Source of the DNA: Parvularia atlantis
Taxonomy: Eukaryota
Length of the DNA: 46,734 nucleotides
Reading direction: 5' to 3'
Assembly (NCBI GenBank): GCA_943704415.1
Contig: CALSCO010000386.1
Span: 1 to 46,734, forward strand
Shown here: positions 33,511 to 43,090 of the stretch, in pieces
How positions within the stretch are numbered: position 1 is the first letter of the stretch
Layout: the number at the start of each line of letters is the position of its first letter
Position numbers and translations under genes: made by a program
Notes under the pieces: generated by a model
Database searches by the model: none
The model's input: the letters and a program-made list of their open reading frames with translations, nothing else
What the model was told of the DNA's origin: nothing

Positions 33511-35299
33511 CTACGCCGCGTACGAGATCGCGACGAGCGAGAGCGTCCCGAGCGCGTCGCCGAGCGCCGTGAGGTACGGCACGACGTGGTTGTCTGGGTC
33601 CTGCCCCGCGCGCCAGGCTGCCGAGCCGATCAGACACAATCGGGCTTGTGCCGCGAGCCCAAACACGCACCTCGGTCGGCAAAGATCTCGGCCAGAAACA
33701 GCAGCAGCGCAACCTGGCACAGCGCCGCGCCGAGGAAGAGCGCGACGAAGAGCAGCGAGAAGACGCGCTCGTGTGCCATCAGCAGCCACATGACGCACAG
33801 GAAGACGGTGTGAGTCGGCACAGTCAGCAGCAGCAGCGACAGCTCGACGCTGCGGCTGCGGTCGCGCTTCTGCCGCTCGGCAGCCGCGTCAGTGCGCACA
33901 CCACAGACAGGCGCGTGCGCACCTCGCGCTTGTGCAGCGACGACGCCGTGCGGCTCGCAAAGATGCCGGCGATGTTGCCGCCTGTTGCTGCGCGCATCAG
34001 CGGCCGCAAGGCACACTGGCCACGGCACACCCACGCCGTTGATCACCGGCAGCAGCACGGTTATCCCGCCGTCGAGGCGCTCGATGCTCGAGCCAAGCAG
34101 GGCGCCGGCGGCGCTACGGTGCCGCGGATGATTGGCATTGACCTGCTCAGCGCACACACGCGGCGCACCTGCTGATACCCAGGCCGAGCAGCAGCGGCTG
34201 CCAGCCGTCGATGAGCACGCGCGATGTGTCGTTGTGCATCGCGGTCAGGCGCATGGCCATCGGCACCATCACGGCGCTGAACGGCTCGCGCATGGTCACG
34301 CGCCCCGCAAGCACGCGCACCAGCCACGCACGCAAAGACAAGCAGCACCAACATGGTCACGAGCGGCGGCAGGCTGTCGATCAGGACGGCGACCAGCGCC
34401 ATGATCACCGTCGCGACCAGGTCGCCGAGTGACGCCTAACGCCCTATTTAGCACGCCAACGCAGCGGCCCAGCAGCGCACGCGCACGCACCACGAGCGGT
34501 CCGGAGATGTTGTCTGGGTTGAGCGAGCGCTTGGCCGAGATGTACATGACGCCGGCCGTGAACAGCGCGAGCAGCACGGCGGTGGTCCACGCGGTGATGA
34601 ACGCGGTTGCAAATACTACGGTCCTGTGGGCGCTTGAGCCGAGCGCAGACACGTAGCGCGCACACACACCCGTCCGGCACGCCCAGCGGCACGCCCTCGA
34701 CGAGTGCGATGAGCGTCACGAGGGCCGTCGCGACAATCGAGATGACGAGCGCCTGCACGCGGCGGCGCACATGGGCGCCGGCACCAGCCGCGGCACCGGC
34801 GCACCTGGATCTGCACGACGCCCAGGTTCGCGTACAGCACGCTGTTTGTGCGCGAGAAGAAGCTCGAGCCGAGGTGTCCGAGGTGGTACGCGGTCGACAG
34901 TCGGCTGCGAGCGCGCCAACGCTGCATCAGGCGCACGTGCAGCGATTGGCCACGCGCAAACGGCACGGACCTGGCCAGCGTCATCTCGAGGTTGCCTGCG
35001 CGTGGGGCGATCGCGATGGCGGTCAGTCGGCGCGTGCCCCACAGCCCGCGCGCGCGCCCATGCAGGCGCACATTTGAGCCCGAGCAGCATCGGCACAAGG
35101 ACGACGAGGTGCGCGCGCCGGCCAAACACGGCCCAGTCCTGCAGCGGCGGTCAGCGGTCGCGGCAGCGACGAGCGCGCGCGCGGGGTGCATCCCACGCGC
35201 CTTGATGCTGTCGAGCGCGAACCCGGCCAGGAGCAGGCCCGTGCTGCCCGCGAGCAGCACGGGCATCGACTGGCTCAAGAGCGGCCACAAGATACGCAT
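33511..35299 (-). CDS. SLC41/MgtE-family divalent cation (Mg2+) transporter
   Basis: Two MgtE repeats: VPMLLGLKGNLEMTLASRLST, NPDNISGPLVASLGDL, PVINGVGGNIAGIFASR, DPDNHVVPYLTALGD. Confidence 0.93.
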
Positions 35300-35337
35300 G
35301 CTGCCAGATGTCAGCTCGACAGTAAGCGAAAGTACCG

Positions 35338-35934
35338 ATGCGCGACTACGTGGCGAGCAGTGACGCCGAGCTGCCGCTGCGCGTCAAAGTGTGCGTGCGT
35401 GTGTGTGTGTGTGTGTGGTGTGGTGGGGGGGGGGGGGGGGAGCGTATGCTGAGCCAGACGCAGGTTCTTCTCGATGGGCGCGGGCATCATCCTGTTCTTT
35501 GCCGAGCTCGTCGTCGTTGTGTGGATCCAGGTGCGCTCTCGCCGGTGCCCGCGTGTGCACAGTGCTCAGCCTGCGCCGTGCCAGGTGGGCGAGTACGCCC
35601 AGAACGCGGCCATCGCGGCGTCGGCGCTCAGCGTGCCCATCTTTGCGCTGTTCATCTACGTCGGCATCCAGCTCAAGTGCGCGCGTGCAGGTGTCTCGTC
35701 GTCCCGCTGCTCATGCCACGTACGCGTACGCGCAGCCGCCGCGAGAGCATGTTCATGGACGACATCGTCCAGCGGCGCCAGTCGTACGTCGAGGCGCAGG
35801 TCAGCCGGCTGCAGCGCCTCACGACGGGCCTCACGGCGGGCCTGGGCGACCGCGAGGACGGGTCGGCGGCGGAAGTGCCCGTCGGCGGTCCGCCCAACGG
35901 GTTTGGCGGCAAGTATGCTCATGTGCTGGTGTAA
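35338..35934 (+). CDS. Orai (CRAC channel)-like protein containing only TM3, TM4 and the C-terminal helix
   Basis: FSMGAGIILFFAELVVVVWIQV and NAAIAASALSVPIFALFIYVGIQL align by eye with Orai1 TM3 ([22 protein letters not shown]) and TM4 ([24 protein letters not shown]). Three introns. No TM1/TM2 found. Confidence 0.75.
   Translation: MRDYVASSDAELPLRVKVCVRVCVCVWCGGGGGGERMLSQTQVLLDGRGHHPVLCRARRRCVDPGALSPVPACAQCSACAVPGGRVRPERGHRGVGAQRAHLCAVHLRRHPAQVRACRCLVVPLLMPRTRTRSRRESMFMDDIVQRRQSYVEAQVSRLQRLTTGLTAGLGDREDGSAAEVPVGGPPNGFGGKYAHVLV
35389..35440. repeat. (GT)n microsatellite followed by a poly-G run
   Basis: Direct reading; lies at the exon1/intron1 region of the Orai-like gene. Confidence 0.95.
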
Positions 35935-35954
35935 TTTACAACAATGAGAATGGG

Positions 35955-37128
35955 TCACGCGCACGCCTCGGCGGGCGGCTGGGCGGGCGGCTCGGCCATT
36001 GGCACAAGCAGCCGATCGAGCACGCCGCTGAGCGTCCCCGCCACGTCGCGCGTCGCCGTCACGCCCGCCTGCACCGCGCGCCGGAACGCGTTTCGAAACG
36101 GCTGCCCGTGGAACAGGTTGAGCGCGGGCATCATTAGCGCACTCGCGTCGACGGGGCGGCCCAGCCGCGCCGCCTCGAGCTGCTCGCCGTGCACGTAGTC
36201 GCGGTACCTGGCCAGGACGTCCTCGCGCGTCGTGGCTGTTCCGACCGCAGCGCCGAAAAAGTCCTCGTCGACCGTCGCAAACATGAACGGGTCCGCGCGC
36301 GCCTGCCGCCCGATCATGACGCCGTCGACCGCGTCCAGGTGCGCGCGCGCGCTCGCCCAGTCCTTGATCTCGCCGTTGATCGTCACGCGCACGTGCGGGA
36401 ACGCGCGCTTGAGCCTGTACACGCGGTCGTACTGGATCGGCGGCACACGGCGGTTGTCCTGCGGTCGTCGTCGGTGGGGGTCGCAGCGCAGCAGCAACAG
36501 CACAAGCGCACGGGCACGCACCTTTGGCGACAGGCCCTTGAGCCAAGCCTTGCGCGCGTGCACGACGAGGTCCGCGAGCGCTCCAGTGCGCACCAGGCCG
36601 TCGACGAACGCGTGCAGCAGCTCGTCCGAGTCGTGCTCGTCCACGCCGAGACGGCACTTGACCGAGACGGGCCGCTGGGCGGCGTCGGCCGTGGCGCGGA
36701 CGATGTCGGCGACGAGTGCAGGGCGCTTCATCAGCAAGCAGCCGTACGTCCCGCCGATCGCGTGGTCCGACGGGCAGCCGACGTTGAGGTTGAAGCGGTC
36801 GTGGCCGCGGGCGCGGAGGATGCCGGCCGCCTGTGCCACGCGCTGCGCGCAGCGGGCGCACGTCAGCTCTCCATCGCGCCGATATCGCGGCGACATCATC
36901 GGACGGCACCGCAGGATCGGCGCCGGCGAGCTGCACAATCAGCCCGTCCTCATCGCCGTCCAGCCGCAGCGCCGCAAGCGTGCCGCCGATCGCGCGCCGG
37001 CAGACCTCCTCGGCCACGACCATCTCGCTCACGAGCGTGGTGCGGCGCGAGACAAGGCGCAGCAGCGCGCGGAAGTGGCGCGTCGTGACGCCGACCATCG
37101 GTGCAACCACTACAGCCGCAGCGCTCAT
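35955..37128 (-). CDS. dusA: tRNA-dihydrouridine synthase, DusA type
   Basis: VAPMVGVTTRHFR, SEMV, VQLAG, NLNVGCPS, YGCLLM, VSVKCRLGVD, VHARKAWLKGLSPKDNRRVPP (DusA-characteristic), INGEI, GVMIGR. Two introns. Confidence 0.9.
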
Positions 37129-37197
37129 CTGTTGTCAATTAGAAGTGTTGCGGGACGTACAGAGAAAGGGCATTGTTGCTGCGCCGAAAACGGCTTG

Positions 37198-40100
37198 ATG
37201 GACGACGACGACGCTGCGCCCGCGATGCGCCTGCGCGTGCTCGTGGAGGACAAGCAGTTTGACGTCGCGCTTCCGCCGGCGTGCTCGGTTGAGGTGCGTG
37301 GCGCGCCCGCATGTGGCGTGGGACGCAGGCGCGGGATGGATTGGACGCGCGCATTCGTCGTTGCTGTTCAGCGCGACCCCGCATTCACCGGTGACGACGA
37401 CGGGCGGACGGCTGATCGCACGCCCGCGCACGCGCAACGTGCACGCACAGGACCTCGCGCACGCGATCGAGGCGCAGTACGCCGCGGCGCACCCGCGCGA
37501 GCGCCCGCTCGAGTGCTGCCTCGTGCTGGACGAAAATCTGGCGCCGCTGCAGTTTGCGGACACGCTCGGCGAGACGCTCGCGCCCGGCGCCGTCGTGCAC
37601 GCCGTGTCGCGCGACGAGGGCCCCAGTGCGCGCGCGCACGTCGCGATCGGGTGGGCCGTCGGACGCGCATCGTGACGCGGACCGCAGGCGACGAGCAGCT
37701 TGTGCGCTTCAACGTCGTCTCGTCGCGCTCGTCGTCCGAGTTTGACCTGCCGTCGATCGCGTCCGGCAACGAGTCGGTGCGTGCGCATCTGTCGCTGTGC
37801 GCCGTGTTGACGGCCGTGTGCGGCACGCAGACCGCGTCGCACACCAGCACGCCCTCGCACGCCGACAAAGGGTGCGCGCGTTGCCCCGCCCGCCTGCCGC
37901 GCACGTGCGCTCAGCCCGGCGCGCAACAGGTCCGCGCTCGACGTCGAGTTCCGCTTGCTGCTGCGCAACCAGATTGCGCTGCGTGCCTTCAAGGCGCGTG
38001 TGCGGAGGCGTCGTTCGTTTGCGGGTTTGCTGACGCGCGCTCGTCGCCAGGAGTTTCTCGTGCGCGAGTTCTCGGTCGAGAACCTCCTCTTTTGGCTCGA
38101 TGTTGAGACGTACCGACTGTGCGACGTCGACGCGCAGGCATGGTGGTGACGGGTGGCGCTGGCGTCGGCTCACCCTGCGCGCAGACACGCCTGCAGCTCG
38201 CGCGGCGCATCTACATCAACTACCTGTCGCTCGAGGCGCCGCTGCAGGTCAACGTCGGGCAGGACGTGCGGTACGCAGCCGGTGTGCCGGTAGACGTCCG
38301 CACGGCTTGACAGGCGCGCCACAGCCACCGCATCGACTGGCCGCAGCTGGGCGTGTCGGCGAACGTGTTTGACGACGCACAGGGGCACGTCTACGCGATG
38401 ATGAAGCGCCACTCGTTCCGGCGCTTCCTCGTCAGCCCGGCGTACAAGGACCTCGAACAACGCATCCTGCAAGGCGCGTCACGTGCCTGTGGCCCTTGCT
38501 TGCCTGACCTGCCCGCGCCGCAGACCCGCCGGCCTTCGCGGCCGCGCAAGGCACGAGCGTCGTTGACGTATTCCCGAGTGTGACCGTCGCTGGCGAGCAC
38601 GCGTTCATCGACCCGGCCGTGGACGTCGCGACGCGCGACAAGCGCGACTGGCGCGCCGTCGTCGTGTACGTGCACGTCATCGCTCCGGCTGACGCGCTGC
38701 GCCCAGGATGCTCAACCGGTCGATGGCGCGGTACTGGAAGGAGCAGCCGACGCCGACGGCGCAGCGCTACTTTGAGGACAAGAACAAGCTGACGGCGCTG
38801 CAGAAGCAGCAGCGCATCCGGCGCGAGAAGAAGCTGCACAAGTTCTTCGGTGAGAAGGTCGATGCCGGCCACGACGCGATCGAGCGGCCCAAGGTGCTTC
38901 GATGCATGCGTGCCCTGCCACGCTCACGGTGGATGCGCACGCACGCCAGAGCATGATCGAGCCGCTCGAGACGGACACGAGCTCGACGCGCCTGTCGATC
39001 TCTACGTGCGTCGCTGGCCGCGCCGAGCGAGCACGCTGACACGTGCGTGCAGCACGCACGATGACGACATCCGCGGCACGTCGACGCTTTTGCGCATCAA
39101 GCGTGCCGAGAAGCTGCACAACTTTTTCGGCGGCGCAGTGCCGCAGCGTGAGCTGGAGGAGCAGCAGATCATCCGCAGCGTGAGTGCGCATGAGGTCCTC
39201 TCGGCGTCGTGCGTGCAGACGGTGAGCGCGATGGCTGGGCGGCTGACAAGGCTGCACGCAGCGCTGTCGACTCGGAGCTGGATGCGGCCGCGGGCACAGA
39301 CCACCCGGAGCGGCGCACGAGCCAGGAGCTGACGGCTGAGGAGCGGCGCAACCTGACGCGGCGCACGCGCAAGCTGCAGGTGGCGCTGCTTGTATGGCCG
39401 CTGCTATGGCTGATGCGTGGCAGGACTACTTTGGCGAGCCCGCGGCCGAGCTGAGGAACACGACCGTAAAGCCCATGTCGTCCAAGACCGCGTCGACCTT
39501 CACCAAGTCGAAGACGTTTCTCGAGAGCCTGTTTTCGCTCGGGGCGTCGTCCAGCACGGCCGACAGCGCGAGGTGCGCAGTGCTGCTGCTTGCGCAGCCT
39601 GGTCGCCCGCTGAGCGCGCTCGCAGCTCGAGCCGGAGACAGACCAACGCGTCCAAGTCAGCCTGACTGCTCATCCGCTCACGCGTGAGTGCTCACCCTTG
39701 GTGCACAGAAAAGGCAGCGCTGAGGGCTCGTCGAGTAAGCCGTCGTCGCCGCTGTCGCCGCGCTCGTTCCCGGTGCCGCCGCCATCCGAGCCCGCTCTGG
39801 CCGACGAGCGGCAGTTTGGCTCCATCTCGTCGCTGAGGTGCGCCGTCGACGCGCACGCTCGCATGCGGCGCGCTGAGCGGGCGGCACAGCATGCCCGATG
39901 ACCCGGAGGCCATCAAGCGCACGAAGGAGTACCGCCGGCGCAAGCTGCTCAAGCTGCAGCAGTTCCTGGGCGAGGTAGCCGCGCGCGGGCATCGGGCGAG
40001 CGCCGGCGCTGAACCACGCGTCACGCAGCGCCTGCAGGCCGAGCAGGTGGAGCCGCGCGCCGCCGACGCACCGCCAGCCGCAGCGCCGACGACCGTGCCG

Positions 40101-41082
40101 CTGAGCAGGTACATGCAGGCGCGAGCAGCGGCGTCGACCGTTTGCCGCTCACAGCGACCGCGCGCAGCGGACCGCGCGAGGGCACGCCCAAGGCCAAGAA
40201 GGCGCTCACGGCGAGCGAGAAGAAGCAGCAGCGGCGCAAGATGCACAAGCTCGGCAGGGTCTTTGGCGAGCTGCCTCCGGTCGAGCTCATCATCCGGCCG
40301 GAGGACTCGTGGAAGGAGCGCCAGCGCAAGTCGATCGAGGCGCTCAATCGGCTTATCGACGAGAGCGAGCGCGACGACAACAGCCTGGTGGACCTTGTGC
40401 TGATGCTGCGGTGCGCGGAGCACCTCGCGGATCGTGCGCCGGTCCGCTTACGTACGTCGCACGCGCTGCAGCGAGTTTGACGAGTGGAGCAAGCAGCGCA
40501 TCGCGTCGGACGCGGACGACGACGCCGAACGTGCGCTGGCCCCTGCGCGTGGCGGTGTGCGGCCGCACTGACGCCCGCGCGCACGCCAGCGCTCTCGCCC
40601 AGCGAGAAGCGCACGCTCCAGCGCACCATGAACCGGAAGAAGCTGAGCAAGATCAAGAGCTTCTTCGGCGAGACGCCCGACGAGCGGCTGCTGACGGCGC
40701 AGCAGGTGCTACTCGATCTGACCGAGTCGATGGCCGAGGAAGCGCGCGATCAGGAAGTGACGACGGAGGACTTCGAGGCGCTGCAGAAGGACCTCGAGGT
40801 GCTCAAGCAAAAGATCCACCGGCGGCTGTCGGTCGACGCGGGCCAGCCGTGCGTGCACTGGCTGGCGTCGGCCGCGCACGTTCTCACACGGCTCGTACAG
40901 CGGCGGCGGCGCGGCGTCGGTCCCGGTCGGCCGCTCGTCGTTCTACGTGGTGCAGGGCTCCGAGTTCACGCTGCCGCCGCGCACGTCGCGCATCAACGAA
41001 GACGACGAGGACGAGGACGACGAGGATGACGAGGACGAGGACGAGGACGCGCTTGATGAGGAGGACAAGGATGATGATCTGA
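37198..41082 (+). CDS. RGS-domain protein with possible N-terminal ubiquitin-like domain, six KLxxFFGE repeats and an acidic tail
   Basis: RGS: LRAFKEFLVREFSVENLLFWLDVETY...IYINYL...APLQVNV...VFDDAQGHVYAMMKRHSFRRFLVS. Repeated basic-KLxxFFGE helices. D/E-rich C-terminus ending at TGA 41080-41082. Confidence 0.85.
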
Positions 41083-41119
41083 ACGCACTTTGACCTTGTG
41101 TTGCACCGCTCTGCGCGCG

Positions 41120-43004
41120 ATGGCGGCCGTCGTCGCGTTCCACTACGACGTCGTGTGCCCGTACGCGTACCTCGCGAGCAAGCGCATCGAGGCGGTGGCG
41201 CGGCGCAACGGCGCGAGCATCGTCTGTGCGCCGCTGCTGCTGTTCTCGCCGTGAGTGCCACTGATCGCGCGCGCGCGCACAGGGAAGCCGACGCTGCTTG
41301 GCGGCATCTACGCGCTGATCGACGCGCCGCAGGGCAAGGATGGCTCGGCGTCGGACGTGATGTCGGCGCCGCGGCGCGTGCTGTCGGCGCGCGATCTGCG
41401 GCTGCAATGCCGCCGCCACGGCGTCGTGCTCAACTGGCACCCGCAGCACCCGCTCAAGTCGGTCGACGGTGCGCGGCGCACGTCGTGTCGTCAGCGCCGT
41501 GACACGGGCGGCGCAGCGCTGCGCCTGCTGATCGCCACGCCCGATGCGAGCCGCGCCGCGCTGTCGCACGCGCTGTTCGACGCGTACTGGGTGCGCAACG
41601 AGGACGTCACGTCGCGCGCCGTGCTGCTGCAGGTGGGCCGTGCATCTCTCATGTGGTGCGCGTCCGTGCTCATGGGCGCATCGACCAGCACGCGCGCAAG
41701 CTCGGCCTCGCGGTCGACGAGAGCGTCTTTGAGGGCGCCGACGCCAAGGACGGCCTGCGCGCCAACACACAGGAGGCCGTCGATCTGGGCGCGCCAGGTG
41801 CGTTCAACCTGTCCGATGTACACGAGCCGCGTCTGAACCCGGGCTCGGCGCAGGCGTGCCCGCGTTCGTCGTCAACGGCCGCCTGTTCTGGGGCCAGGAC
41901 CGGCTCCACTTTGTCGACAAGTCGCGTCGCGGCGCGCGGGCTGCTGACGCGCGCGTGTGAGGGGCTGACGCTGCTCACGACGCGCAGGGCCCTCGGCAGC
42001 GCCAAGGCGGCCCAGCCGCGTGCGCTGCAGCGCGTCGTGACCGGGAAGCGCGTGCTCACGTTCTACTACGACTTTTCGTCGCCGTGGAGGTGCGGTCCGC
42101 TGCCACCGTGTGTGCGCACGAGGCTGACATGCGTATGCGCGCGTGGCAGCTACCTCGGCCACACACAGGTCGACCGCATCGCCAAGGAGGTCGGCCCGGG
42201 CGTCGTCGTCGAGGTGCGTGCGCTTCCCTGGTGCGTCCGCTGAGCTCACGGTGCCGCGCAGGAGGTGCCGATGCTGCTCGGCGCCGTGTTCAAGGAGTGC
42301 GTCTGGCGCGTGCTCGCGCTGTGCTGTTTGCTTGACGACGTGCGAACCCGCGCAGGATCGGCACACCGAACGTGCCCATGCTCGCGATGAGCCGCCAGAA
42401 GTCGCAGTACATGTCGCGCGTGCGTCGGCGTGCCGCCGGCTGCCTGCCCCGTCGCGCTCACGTCGCGCGCACGTCGCAGGACATGGCCGACTGGATGGCT
42501 TGGTGGCAGCCCGAGGTCGAGCTCAACTGGCCGAGCAAGTTCCCGATCCGCTCGGTGCTGCCGCTGCGCGTCGCCGTTGCCGAGCCGCGCACGCGCCACT
42601 GCATCTGTGCGTCGTGTGCCCGTCGCCGTGTGCGCGGCCAACGCAGCGGCGATCGCAGACACGGCGGCGTGGGTCGCGAACGAGGACGTGGCCGACGCGG
42701 CCGTGCTCAAGACGGTGCTGGACCGCGCGGGCTTCGACGGCGCGGCGCTGATGCGCGCGGCCGAGAGCGACGCCGTCAAGGTGCGCGCGTGTGCTCTCTC
42801 ACCGCTCGCCTCTAAACCCTGCGCGATCGCGTGCAGAAGCAGCTCACGGCCAACACGAAGCGCGCGGTCGAGGCCGGCGTGTGCGGCGCGCCGTCATTCC
42901 AGGTCGACGGCGGCGAGATCATCTGGGGCCAGGACCGGCTCGACGTCGTGCAGGACCTGCTGTGCGGCTGGACGGCCGACGTCGACGCCGCCGCGCGTCT
43001 CTGA
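41120..43004 (+). CDS. Tandem two-domain DSBA-like protein (GST-kappa/HCCA isomerase family) with C-terminal PTS1
   Basis: Domain 1: [28 protein letters not shown]...LFWGQDRL. Domain 2: [28 protein letters not shown]...IWGQDRL. Ends ...ARL-stop. Confidence 0.92.
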
Positions 43005-43090
43005 ACGAGGCAGATCGACGTAGGGACGCATGTATCTACGTCCCGGAAGTGTTTTCGCGATCGTTCTCTCTGCTGAGCGGTTGGACTGCG

